Part shown: positions 12,590 through 25,258 of the stretch, piece after piece | Layout: the number at the start of each line of letters is the position of its first letter | Position numbering within the stretch: the stretch's first letter is position 1 | Source of the DNA: Hemiscyllium ocellatum | Taxonomy: Eukaryota | Assembly (NCBI RefSeq): GCF_020745735.1 | Contig: NC_083407.1 | Span: 35,145,857-35,209,856, forward strand | Reading direction: 5' to 3' | Length of the DNA stretch: 64,000 nt | Notes under the pieces: model-generated | Told to the model about the DNA's origin: nothing | Database searches by the model: none | Seen by the model: the letters and a program-made list of their open reading frames with translations, nothing else | Position numbers and translations under genes: made by a program

Positions 12590-13935
12590 CTGGGGCCCTC
12601 TTGTGGTGCAGAGGTAGTGTCCCTACCCTTGAACTGAAACACCTTGGTTTAAGTCCAACTGCCACAGGGATATATATTAATATCTTGGAATAGGTTGATT
12701 TGGAAAATGAGGCTGAATTTAAAAATTATACATTGAAGCTGGAGCCTTCTTGTGGTGCAGTGGTAATGTCCCTGCCCTGGACCAGGGAAGCCTGAGTTCA
12801 AGACCCACCGGCTCTAGAGGTATGCATAACATCTTTGAACTGGTTGATGAGGAGAAAAAACTGGGGTTTCTCTTGTTGGCAGTGGTAGTGTTTCTGCTTC
12901 TGAACTAGAGAGGCATGGGTTCAAGTCCCATGTCCTCCTGAGGTGTGTACTTACATCTCTGAGCAGGGTTATTAAAGGAAAAAGAATATGTGCTTTGAAT
13001 CAAAGAGTTATGCAACACAGAAACAGGCTCTTTGGTGCAACTGGTTCATGCTGACCAGATATCTTAAAGTGATCTAGTCCCATTTGCCAGCATTTGACCT
13101 ATATTCCTCAAAACCTTTCCTGTTCATGTATCCATCCAGATGCTTCTTAAAACAAGACCACCTACACCACCTCCTTTAGCAACTCATGTAGAAAAACTGA
13201 CAGGGCTCATGACCAGTGGTAGTGTCCCCACTAGAATAGGAGGGACTTGTTCCACATGTATGCAATAGAATCTCTGAATAGGTTGACTAAAAATACTATA
13301 TTCTGAAACTGAGAGGAATCTTGTGGCACAGTGATAGTGTCCTATTTCTGACCCAGTAGGGCCAGGCTCATGTCCCACCTGCTCCAAGGGTGTGTAATAG
13401 CATTTCTGTACAGATTGATTAAGAAAGATATCTATACTTTGAAACTTCTGTTTGTGATACAATGGTAGTGTCCCTGACTCTAGGCCAGAAGACCTGGGTT
13501 AAGTCCTACATGGACTGAAAATGTTTCATAACACAACTGAAATTTGCATACTTTGAAACTAGGGGCTCTTGTGCCACAGCACTGTCGCTACTCTGTGCCA
13601 GGAGGCCCAGCCTTAACTCCCACCTGCTCCAGATATGGTTGTGTCATATAGTTGAACAAATTGATTAAAAACACTTATACTTTGAAACAAGTTGTTCTTA
13701 AAGCAAAGCAGTACTGTCCATATCTCCGAATCTGGAAACCTGAAATCAAGAGTCTCATCTGCTTTAGAGGTGTATAATAACATGCTGAACAGGTTGTTTT
13801 GATGCTTTGAAACTATAGCTCTTGTGCAGTGATAGTGTTCCTACCTCTGAGCCAGAAAGCCTGGGTTCAAGTCCCACCTACTCCACAGATATGCCGTAAC
13901 GTGTTTGAACAGGGTTGATTAACAATATCTGCACT
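12590..13935 (+). repeat. Tandem array of about 9 diverged tRNA-like SINE-head monomers (~120-150 bp), interrupted by a CR1 tail at about 13000-13185 (-)
   Basis: Recurrent units CTCTTGTGGTGCAGTGGTAGTGTCCCTAC...GGGTTCAAGTCCCACCTGCTCCAGAG...GAACAGGTTGATT with the linker ATCTATACTTTGAAACT. Confidence 0.8.
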
Positions 13936-14456
13936 ATGAAGCCAGATACTGCAGGAACAGGAGTGCTTCCCCAAGCTCCATTTTAAAACACATGGCCTGC
14001 TGTTAGTCATGGATAAAAATCTCAATCTCCCCTCTATATCCTCCCTATACCCTCTGACTAATCCTGTCCACAAGAAGCCTCTTTCCCTCCTTCCTGTTTG
14101 TTCTTTCATGGTAATATGTCATCTCCCAACCCTTTTACATACATGTCAAAGAGCTTTCACCAGCAAAGCCTATTGGGTTCTGCACTGGTGACTTGCCTAA
14201 GGATATGAACAGCTGTCCACAGCTCGCTAGTTTAATATTAATGGGGCTCTTGGAAGAATGTTGGGTGTATCAGTATTAAGCCTGTCCATTTCAGCACAGG
14301 GATTATTCCCTATACCTTGTCTACACTTGATTTTGGTGCAAATTAATTTTAATCCCGAAATACAGTCTCAGTTAGAATGCCACTTTGCTTTAAAACACTT
14401 TACTGAGGATTATAGAATGAATTGGATGCACCTTAAATTAGAAACTGTCTTTTTTA

Positions 14457-14772
14457 GGGGTGGCACGGTGGCTCAGTAGTTTGCACTGCTGCCTCACAGC
14501 AGCAGAGTCCAATTCCCGCCTGAGGCGACTGTCTGTGTGTAGTTTGCACATTCTCCCCATGTCTGCGTGGGTTTCCTCCAGGTGCACCGGTTTCCTCTCA
14601 CAGTCCAGAGATGTGCAGGTTAGGTGAATTGGCCATGCCAAATTACCCATAGCGTTAGGTGTATTAGTTAGAGGGAAATGGGTCTTGGTGGGTTACTTTT
14701 CGGAGGGTCAGTATGGACTAGTTGGGCCTAAGGGCCTGTTTCCACACTGTAGGGAATCTAATCTAATCTAAT
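14457..14772 (+). mobile_element. HE1-type V-SINE
   Basis: GGGGTGGCACGGTGGCTCAG head, V core and (AATCT)n tail. Confidence 0.88.
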
Positions 14773-15880
14773 TCATAGCAGTGACATGACTCAATTCAGG
14801 CAAAGGCTATTCTGCAGTTTTTTTTAAATTGCATAAAGTATTGAAGGAATTCATTAGTAATTTTCCTTCTTACCGACCGTGAGCTTCTTGATTTATAAGC
14901 CAGAAGTCAAATAAACAATAAGAATTGCTTAGTTTGCAATTAGTCATTTTATAACATGTTAAAATGCCTAAGTAAAAAAGTAGTGTGAACTATTGACACA
15001 TATTCATCAGAGTACCAATGACCTCTAAATTCAAGTCCTTAGAGATCCATATGTTTTGACATATCTGCCAGTAAGGAAAAACCAGGCTCAATGATGCTTT
15101 TCCATTTTTAACCCCTTGCCCCTGTCTTCTATTGTGTAAATTGTCTAGTTGACATTGGTATATGTCTTGGTGCAGAGGGTAAGACCTATAAAATGAGTAA
15201 TGGAGTTGTTATCAGGAAATGACAAGTTTGTTCTGAGGTGAAATTCACTTCACCATCTTTTTGGCGGATGCCTCCAGGAAGCACTAAGGTTAGAAAGGAG
15301 GTTTCATGCTCAAAACTTGTCATTTTTTCAAACGACTCCTTTATTTAGCTAAGATTATTCTCATTTTCATGTTGACTAATAGAGTCTTTATTGAACTTGC
15401 AATTAAATGTTTTTAAATATAGATTTTTCAACCTTCAGAGGAACCTTTACAATGAACTGTGCTTTAGCAATTACTGTGAAGCTTGAGAGTAGCCGTGTCT
15501 TATTTACATTTGAATAACATTAGTGCCTATTGTAGAAAATTTCTTCCAGCAAATCTAAGGACCTCAGGGAAAACAAAATAATACACATTAACTTTTAATA
15601 TTAATTTATTTGGTCTTAGAGCAAATGTGTTTAAAATGGCTGTTATTCGTTCTGTTTTATCCCATAAAATGAATCTTAATGGATAGGAAGGTGGTTCAAA
15701 TTTGTTTGCGAACTGATGATGAATATGTATTTCTGAGAAATGTTAGAGTCACCAGAAGTAGTCTACAGCTAAATATAGAAATATTAAATATTGTTGCAAA
15801 AGGATACATTTTATTGAAACTTTTATTTTGCACTCATCAGACCAATTCACAGGAAATATCAAAGTGCAAGGAAACAAATG

Positions 15881-16884
15881 CTTGTTGTGGTTCCGTTCGG
15901 TGTTCTCTGTACTATCACGTCTAGGAATGGGAGTTGGCTATCCTTTTCTTCTTCTCTCGTGAATCGGATTCCTGTGAGTGTGGTACACAGGAAAACAACA
16001 CACACAGACCAAGTCCTAAACTATGAAAGTAACCACCCCAACACACACAAACGAAGCTGCATCAGGACACTATTCAAAAGAGCCACAACACACTGCAGTA
16101 CACCAGAACTGCGAAAAGAGGAAGAGGAACACCTATACAAGGTATTCGCCAAAAACGGATACCCGCGCAACTTTATCAACAGATGCCTAAGAGATAGACC
16201 ACGGAACGAGGACATGCCACAACCAAAAGGACTAGCCACACTACCATACATCAGGAGCGTTTCAGAACTGACAGCCAGACTACTGTGACCCTTAGGACTC
16301 ATTACAGCACACAAACCAACAGCCGTGCTCAGACAACAACTTACTAGAACAAAGGAGCCGATACCCAACATGAGCAAAACTAATGTAGTTTACAAAATAC
16401 CATGCAAGGACTGCACAAAACACTATATAGGACAAACAGGAAGACAGCTAACAATCCGCATACATGAACATCAACTAGCCACGAAACGACACGACCAGCT
16501 ATCACTAGTAGCCACACATTCAGACAACAAGCAACATGAATTCGACTGGGAAAACACTACTATCATAGGGCAAGCCAGACAGAGAACAGCCAGGGAATTC
16601 CTAGAGGCATGGCATTCATCCACAAAATCCATCAACAAACACATCGACCTGGAACCAATATACCAACCACTACAGCAGACAGCTGAAACTGACACCTGGA
16701 AGCGGCAAGGACAGACCACTATAAATACTGGAAGAAACATCAAAGAAGCACTTTGCAGGAGGCTCCAGAGCACTGATGATGTTTCCTAGCCAGGGGACGA
16801 AACGTTTGCAACAAAAACTTCCAGATCGGCGAACAGAAGCACAACAACAAGCACCCGAGCTACAAATCTTCGCACAAACCTTGA
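15881..16884 (+). mobile_element. Penelope-like element family B with a 5' inversion; RT C-terminus + GIY-YIG + hammerhead + tail
   Basis: VHRKTTHTDQVLNYESNHP... and VVYKIPCKDCTKHYIGQTGRQLTIRIHEH (GIY-YIG) lie in one frame broken by a single TGA at 16286. TSD AAACAAATG at 15872-15880 and 16885-16893. Confidence 0.92.
16770..16809 (+). ncRNA. Hammerhead ribozyme (family B), intact, sense to LRP1B
   Basis: GCA-CTGATGA-T-GTTTCCT-agcc-AGGGGAC-GAAAC-GTT-TGC: 7-bp stem II, ACGT stem III, GUU triplet. Confidence 0.8.
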
Positions 16885-16969
16885 AAACAAATGTTTATAC
16901 TGTATGAGAAGAAAATGCTGATTGGTTATCAAGAAGACTCTGATTGGTAGAGCATTGATGATGAGAATT

Positions 16970-17276
16970 AGAATCATAGAGTCATCAAACTGTACAAAAT
17001 GGAAAAGGACCCTTCAGACCATTTCATCCATGCCAACCAGATTTCTTAAATTAATCAGGTCCCATTTGCCAGCATTTGGCCCATATCCCTCTAAACCCTT
17101 GCTATTCATACACCCATCAGATGTATTTTAAATGTTGTAATTGTACCAGCCTCCACCACTTCCTCTGGCAGCTCCTTCCATACATGCACCACCCTTTGCT
17201 TGTAAAGTTGCCCCTTACATCCTTTTTAAATCTTTCCCCTCTCAACTTAAACCTAAGCCCTCTAGTTTAGGACTCT
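16970..17276 (-). mobile_element. CR1/HER1 LINE 3' end
   Basis: Reverse complement matches the 43925-44215 3' UTR. Confidence 0.85.
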
Positions 17277-18255
17277 GCTGCCCAGGATTACTATGAGAAG
17301 CGAGGGAAGAAATTGCTTTGCCTTTGGCAATGATCTTTGCATCCTCACTGTCCACCAGAGTAAGGCAGATGATTGGAAGATGGCAAATGTTATTCCCTTG
17401 TCCAGGAAAGGGAGTAGGGATAACCCTGGGAATTACAGACCAGTCAGTCTTACATCGGTAGTGGGCAAATTATTGCATTCTGAGAGACAGGATTTATGAT
17501 TATTTTGAAAACATAGTTTGATTAGAGATAGTCAGCATTGCTTTGTGAGGGGCAGGTCATGCCTTACAAGCCATATTGAATTCTTTTGAGGATGTGACAA
17601 AACAGGTTCATGAAAGTAGAACAGTGGATGTGGTGTACATTGGTTGCAGCAATGCATTTGGTACGGTTCCCCTTGGTAAGCTCATTCAGAAAGTAAGGAG
17701 CATGGGATACAGGGACATTTGGCTGTCTGGATACAGAATTAGCTAGCCCATAGAAGACAGAGGGTGGTAGTAGTTGGAAAGCCTGGAGCTCAGCGACCAG
17801 TGAAATTCTGCAAGGATTGGTTCTGGGACCTCTGCTCTTTGTGACTTTTATAAATGACTTGGATGGGGAAGTGTAAGGCTTGGTTAGTAAGTTTGCTGAT
17901 CACATGAAGGTTGGTGGAATTGTGGATAGTGTGAAGGGCTGTTATAGATTGCAACGGGCCATTGACAGGATGCAGAGCTGGGTTGAGAAGTGGCAGATGG
18001 AGTTCAACCTTGATAAGTGTGAAGTAATTAATTTTGGTAGGTTGAATATGAATGTAGATGACAGTGTTAAAGGCAGGAGTCTTGGCAGTGTCAAGGAAGT
18101 CCAGAGTTCTTTCAAAGTTGCAAGCCAAGTTGATATAGTTGTTAAGAAGGCATATGGTGTGTGTTGGCTTTCATCAGCAGGGGGACTGAGTTTAAGAGCC
18201 GTGAGGTTATACTGCAGCTCTATAGTGCCCCAGTTAGACATTGTTTGGAATCGCC
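17277..18255 (+). mobile_element. CR1 LINE RT fragment, degenerate
   Basis: DWKMANVIPL..KGSRDNPGNYRPVSLTSVVGKLL and SKFADHMKVGG...WQMEFN. Confidence 0.88.
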
Positions 18256-19360
18256 GTGACCTTGCCTTTCAGGCATACCCTATCTATTTCCTGGTACATT
18301 TTTTACCCGGTCGTGGCCACTGCTGGGAGGTCTGTATATAACTACCATTATGGTTTTTTTGCCTTTGTGGTTCCTCAACTCCAGCAGTATAGACTCCATG
18401 TCATCTGACCCTATGTCATTCAATGCCATAGATTTTATTTCATTCTTAACTAGCAAGGCAACCCCGCCCCCTCTGCCCATCTCCCTGACTTTTCGATAAG
18501 TTATAAATCCTTGGATGTTTAACTGCCAGTCCTGAACCCCCTGCAACTACGTCTCTGTAATTCCTACTACATCATAATCATTCACGATGATTTGTGTCAT
18601 AATTTCATCTGCTATGTTATGAATACTATGAGCATTCAGGTAAAGCACCTTAATGCTAATTTTTGTATTCTCATAATTTTCAACATCACTGGCAATATGT
18701 CCTCAGTTATCCTCCCTTTTTGCTGCCTTGAACTTAAACCCTGCACATATGCTGACCTGCTGCTTATCTTTCTACTTGACTCCATGTTCCCTGTTGCTTT
18801 TCCTTTCCTTTCCCATGAACCACAAGTTTAAAGTCCCAGTGACCACCCTCCTTATCCTTTTTGCCAGAACACTGGTTCCAGATCGGTTCAGGTGGAGACC
18901 ATCCCATCAGTACCCCGGTTCTAAAACTGATACCAATGTCCCATGAAATGGAATACCACACAAATCTCTTAGCCACGTGTTTACATTCCTAATTTTCTTG
19001 TCCCTATGCCAATTAGCACGTAGCTTGGACAGTAATCCAGAGATTATGACCCTCGAGGACCTGTTCTTCAATTTCCTTCCTAGTGCTTGATACTCCCCAA
19101 ACAGGTCCTCCTTCCTAGCCTTGCCTATGTTGTTAGTGCCAACATGAACCACAACAATGGGATCTTCTCTCTCCTGCTCCAATATCCTTTCAAACCAGTC
19201 GGGAGATGTCCTGTACCCTGGCACCAACCAGGCAACACACGACAACTACTTTTTCTTCCCCATTCTTGAATGGCTTTCTGCACCATGGTGCTGCGGTCAG
19301 CTGGCTCGTCCACAGCCATTTGCCTCATCCATACAAAAATCTCATACATGTTAGACAAGG
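18256..19360 (-). mobile_element. CR1 LINE 5' part: ORF1 SGNH esterase and ORF2 APE endonuclease start
   Basis: Minus ORFs EDPIVVVHVGTNNIGK...RVIISGLL (esterase) and DWQLNIQGF...GRGGGVALLVK...VIYRPP (endonuclease). Confidence 0.85.
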
Positions 19361-22300
19361 AAATATACTATGATCTCAATTTATGTATGATTGTTTTATT
19401 ATATCACATTTGAATATGTTGAGTGCAGCCTTATGGGGGTCTGAGCAATGTGAGGCATGGTGTGATTTGTGGCAGATTTGGATGAGCAGTCCAAAAAGGG
19501 CTATCTCGATGTCATGATCGTCTTGCTCCCTTTTTCATGCTTTTTCAAGTGGCATGACAAGTTTCTCACCAGGCAGTGACAAGTTGCCAATTTTTGCTTG
19601 GTATTATTAACACTGCAACTTGACTCATTAATATTCAACTCCTAGCTTTTCAAATTTGCCAAACAAACTTAGTGTCGAGAAAACATGATGTAACAATCAA
19701 AGTGAGTATTTGGCAACTTAAGCTCACCACAGTCTGTGAACAACCTCCATATTGAATGGCACCAAACAGTATCTCAAAGCAAATCCACAGGCACTGGAAT
19801 CCAGCATTTGCCAATTCGTCATGACCATCATGGCACCTGTCCTTTCCACTTGTGGACTGCTTAGGAAGAGCAGGCCTGCATTTCAGGGCACATCCAGTAG
19901 GTAATGCTGAAAGGCTGCAGCAGGGACACTTTGTACACTAAGACAGACAGGATGGGACTGCATCTCAGGGCTGCAAGTTTGCTCTCTTAGCCTTTACTCA
20001 CTTAGCACCTACCTGATGGTCTAAACATTTACGTCTTGCCTTACGAAGTCTATAAAGTTGGTGCTTAAGGCAACTAAAGCTAAAGACTATAATGTTGCCA
20101 TATTGACATTTTTTGGTACAGATGCACAGGCAGGCTGCTTATATGCTTGTCAGTAGGAATCTGTTGGGGGAAAATAGTAATGGGCACATGTTAATGTTCA
20201 GCACACCAAGACATTATTCTAACACCTCAAGCATATGCCAGTAGCTCTCAAAAATGGCCAGACACAATTGATGTGGATCGTTTGACAGAAATGATGTGAA
20301 GTCATATGGAGTGAGAATTTTTCATGAGGGACATAAGGTAGTTAATGAAGTGCATTTGGTAAGATACCATAAAAAATCTTGTTGGATTTTGTAGTGAGTA
20401 TAACTCCAAACAACATGCCGAGACTCAGACCGAGCCAAACTCACTTCAGATTCTGCTGGATGGTCTGTTCCCTTGAAACAATGTTTAGATGTACAATACA
20501 TTTTATTTGTGCTTAAGTAACAGATTATTTATGCTCTAGACTTTACCATCAACTTGACTTCTTTCTCTACTTAACTGTCCCAGAAAACATGATTGATTAA
20601 ATCAGCCAACTCTGGATGTGAAAAATAATTACGCTACCAAAACAAAAGTTGAAATTCTCAAATGAAGCCTTCTACAGTGTAATTGGATTATTGTCACTAA
20701 TATTGATGAATATATTAAAATGTTTCATGATATTACACTTTTAATATGTAATGCGATTTAACTAAATTATCCACCACAGTTGTAGAATATATAATTGTAA
20801 TTACAGAATATGTAATTTCTTCTATAACAAGTATCACCAATAGAGGAAACATTGATTTTATAGTGATTGTGTACAAGCAAATTATCAACTTTTTTTGCAT
20901 TTTGAAGAGAAGTGACAACATTATATTTTTAAAAATGTTCAATTGGAACATATTACGGATGTAAATTTCTTTGTCACTTGCTTGTCATTAATTTTGTGTC
21001 TGCTACAGAGACTATTGCAATAAGTAATGACATTCTATTGTCCAGCAAGATGCTTTGTATGGTATCTTTATAACAAATAGAATATAATCCAGCAGCAGAT
21101 ATATTTGTTTGCTTCTTGTCAGAATGTAATTAATAACAGTTGCTCTTCCATCCCAAAGTTTTACCAGATGCAAACAATCTGTTTCCTAATGTATATTAGA
21201 TCATTATATATTTGTTTTCATTTATTAATTACTTATAATGAATGATTTATCTTCCAAATAATCACTCATTTATTTCTACTAAAGCTTTTCAAAAGAATTG
21301 ATTGAACAATGCTTTCACGGTTTTCACTTTACAAATGATATCTATCATAGACGATCATCTTCAAAACCAGGATCACATTTTGAATTGGCATGTCATTTAT
21401 ATACTATTTGAAAAATGTAAATGAGAAAATAATCAAATTCTTAAAATATTCTATGATAAAAATGGTGGGGCTTTGTTATTAATAAGTTGTCAGACCTTTT
21501 AATTCTCCTTTTTTGATCCACTATATACCATTAACATTAAGACAGAAATGAAGGTGGGCAATTTGCCCAGTACTAATGACACAGCAATTTTCTCTAAGTA
21601 GTCATATAATAAAACCATAAATAGAAACTAATGGCCCATCAAAAATTGGTTTCTTACTCATAATTTTACACAAAGAGCATTTAATGGTATAGCAGTTTAG
21701 TGACACTGTCCAATTTATGTTTCCCAGTGCTCATCTTCATTTAATAGTAATTGTCCAATTAATAGGAGTACCACAATCCAAGACTGCCTTGTAGACGAGG
21801 AATAAGTACCAAATAATGGTGGAAAGTACTAGTCCTGCTGGAGGTGAGGTAGGAAGCAGAAAAAACACTTGATTCAGTAGGTTGGTGTCATGCCTAATTC
21901 CTGAAATCTCCATCAGAATTAAGTTCTGGTCAGGAATGTCAATAGGCTGACCATTCTAATTCACTACTAACTGTGAGCTTTAAGCGGCTATTTAACAACC
22001 ACATAAATACCTCCATCCCCTTTTGCATCACCGTTAATGGGCTTTGCATGTAAATTATTCCATTGGACACAGATGATTTGCTGGTGGTGGTTAATAGATG
22101 AAAATAAATACCATAGGTGATTTGGTGACGGAGAAAAACAAATTCACTTATGTGTGAGAGCACTTCTAGATACCAATAAAAAAAAGTTCAACTCTCCACT
22201 GCTGATGTTAATGCAGCTACAAGTGGGTCTACTGACAAACAGTGCCTCCACAAATGGGATTAGAAAGAATATGGGATGCTTTTTAACATTCTGGAGGTCC

Positions 22301-23197
22301 AGGAGATTTTGCGGACAGAGGGGTAGTTCAATCAAAGGCACTCAGTGCTTGATTAAGGGCAGATGCATAAGGCAGGGGTGTGTACCCCTGGCCTGCTTCT
22401 GCACACACTGCCAATCCCCCCCACAGCAGCCCAGACCTACTATGTGGCATTGCCAAGTATAGGAATTTCTGGCCTCCTGTCAGTTCCTGTTAGGAGGGAT
22501 AGCTGCCATTGGGAATCTGATTCCACGTTAAGGTCTTCAGCTGTCTTCTTAAATGCCCATTGGGCAGAAGATGTGGCCAGCATTCCTTGTGAGTGTCAGC
22601 ATGAGCATCTCCCTGCTTTTTCAGTCAACATGTGAGACACCCATACAAAGGACAATGCAGAAGCATTCAAAACAGTCTCCAGCCAGAAATTCTGAGTAGA
22701 CAATCCATCTCAGATCCTCCTGATGTCTGTTGGCATCTCAGATGCTGGTCTTTAGCCAATTTCATTCGCTCAACACGACATCAAGAAACCTAATTGCCTT
22801 TGTGAGGTTGCTGCATTTATATGGGGTGGGAGATCATGTTGGAGGAGTGGAAGTAGCTGAAGAAGTAAGTGACCTGTCCATACAAAGGCTCACATAGATA
22901 TGACAGGGAAGGTGGCTATGTCTCTATGTCTGCAGCACAACAAGATACAGCAGAGGCTGTGCATGGAGAAGGGGTGCTCTGCACAATGCTATCCACCTGC
23001 CTGAAGCTGAGGTCATTCATGCTCCTTGATGGTGACTGAGAGCTGTTTGGCAGGCCCTAGCCAATGCAGCCAGCATTCATGCCCATCAGGTACCTGCTGT
23101 ATCCGATCAAGTTCTTCATCTGAGTTATCTGCAGCAGAACTCGTCTATAACCTTATTCTCTGGTAAAATGTCAAATAACCCTAGCTTTGTCTCTGTG

Positions 23198-23525
23198 GGT
23201 GACATGGCAGCTCAGTAGTTAGCACTGCTTCTTTATCGCACCAGGGACCTGGGTTTGATTCCATCTTCTGGCAACTGTCCGTGTAGTCTCTACACATTCT
23301 CACCTTCTCTGTTTGGTTTTCCTCCGGGTGCTCCAGTTACCTGTCACAGTCCAGAGATGTGCAGATTACGTTGATTGGTCATGTTACATTGCCCATCATC
23401 TCCCGGGTCAGTAAGTTAGGTGGATTTGCCATAGGAAATGTTGGGTTACAAAAGTGGGTGGGATACTCTTCAGAGGGTAGGACTTGATGGGCTGAATGGC
23501 CTGCTTCCACATTGTAGGGATTCGA
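23198..23525 (+). mobile_element. Older HE1-type V-SINE
   Basis: Degenerate A and B boxes, V core TCCTCCGGGTGCTCCAG, and CR1-like tail. Confidence 0.75.
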
Positions 23526-23559
23526 TAATTTGAATGTAACTCACCAGTTCATGTTGATT

Positions 23560-23800
23560 TACCTCAGTTTATGGGGCTGATGAGCTCTGTTGCCTGGATG
23601 GCTGGTGTACAATGCAGAGTGAAATCGATAGCATGGGATCAATTCCCACACTGGTTGAGGTCACTATGAAGAAGTAATCTTCTCAATGTTTCCCTTCACT
23701 TGAAGCATAGTGACCTTCAAGTTAAACCACCATGGGATGTCTGTCTCTAATGAGAGAACAACCCTGTGGGCCTCTAGGATTATGGTGACTTTGCCTTTAT
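23560..23800 (+). mobile_element. tRNA-derived SINE (family not identified)
   Basis: B-box-like GGGATCAATTCCC. Collinear with the reverse complement of 30048-30365 (CTCTAATGAGAGA...TATGGTGACTTT). Confidence 0.6.
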
Positions 23801-24944
23801 TCCAATTATACGCTTACCTCCAAGGTACATGCAGGCTAATACAGCTGGCCAATAGCTGAAATGGAAGTTACACATTTCAGATTAAAGCTGCACTGTTTTG
23901 TTGGGCTGTTGCGTTTGGAAAAGTGACGTTCTTAGGTATTTGAAAGCAGTAGATCAGAAGGGGCAAATTCAAGTGGGGGAAGAAATCCATAGCAAAATAA
24001 TCCACAGCCACAGCATTAGCAGCTTGCCTCTTGTGCCACATAGCAAGACAGGGTGAGAAGGCCCACTGTCATTCTCATTGACTCTGGTTGCTGTGGATTC
24101 ATTCACAATCCATGACCAACAGCCACTGTCTCCACACAGGTGTTCTAGTCACATGCTGGTTCTGGTCTTCCTTCTGTCCTACATGACAGAAACTGAATGC
24201 CAGTGGTACTGTGGCATTTTCTTTGTCCAATGTGTATTCTGTAGTTGAATAGCTAGTGCTATGTGGAGGCAGTAAGAGGTGAATGCGTGACTGGCAGCAT
24301 TGGCTAATGTGTGTGAAGATGAGCGGAAGTATCTGGATGTTAGACTTGAATTCTGATTGCCAAGGAGTTAGTTAGGTGGGTGATAGAAACATCAAACAGC
24401 ATGAAAGATTGGTTGTGTGGGAAGCAGGAGATGTGTGATGATATACACAGTGATTTGGGGTCAGTCAGCAGGAATTGACATCCTTGCCCATCTGATCCCA
24501 GTTCAATTGATGGGTGATCCATGCAGGCTTTCTACAGCAATATAGACAATGAATTTCAATTCTGTGCTGGGAACATAGTTGCCAATTTACTTTCAAATCC
24601 CAAATCCAAGCAGTATGCTCTTAGCACATGCAATCAATTTTTAAAGGTCCAGGTTAATTATTGGAAGGAACCAAGCTCCTCTCCCAATTCTGAGCCAACG
24701 GAGCCTTAATCAGTGATGGATCAGTGATCCCACTGATCAAGGTGTGAGCTGTTGGTTTGTAAAGGTGAAAGAGAGGGCATTACACCAATATGAAGTTACC
24801 CTCAAAGGAAGATGTCAGTTTTTCACGTAGAAAATTTAAAGTGACTGTAATAGCATCAATTCAACTCCAAATTCTCTTGAATTTGATGAAATGTTTCCTC
24901 TACTGCACATCTTGTCTGGAGAAGAGGAGATGTTGGAATAGTGG

Positions 24945-25258
24945 AAATATTTGTAATCCAGAGCTGAAGCTAATGCTCTTACAGCAGCTGCTGGACTTTA
25001 AATTTAATGAATAAGTCTGGAATTGAAAGCTGATCTCACTTACTATGACATCAAACTATTGTCAATCACTATAAAAACCCATCTGGTTCATTAATATCCT
25101 TGAGGGAACAATTTTGCTCTGACCTAAGTGTGATTCCACACTCATCATAATGCTGTTTAATGTCCTCAGAAATACTCCAAACAAGCCGCTCAGTTCAAAA
25201 TTAAAGATGGGCACAAATGCTGACATTGCCCACATCTCATAAAAGAATGAATTAAAAT
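24945..25258 (+). mobile_element. Deu-domain SINE (SacSINE1-like), degenerate
   Basis: Core AAAAACCCATCTGGTTCATTAATATCCTT is shared with 62585-62925; LINE-like tail. Confidence 0.65.

Noticed and set aside
12590-13935. tRNA gene cluster or CRISPR-like array
   Set aside because: Units are highly diverged, no consistent cloverleaf or anticodon is visible, and the inter-box sequence is homologous between units rather than unique spacer.
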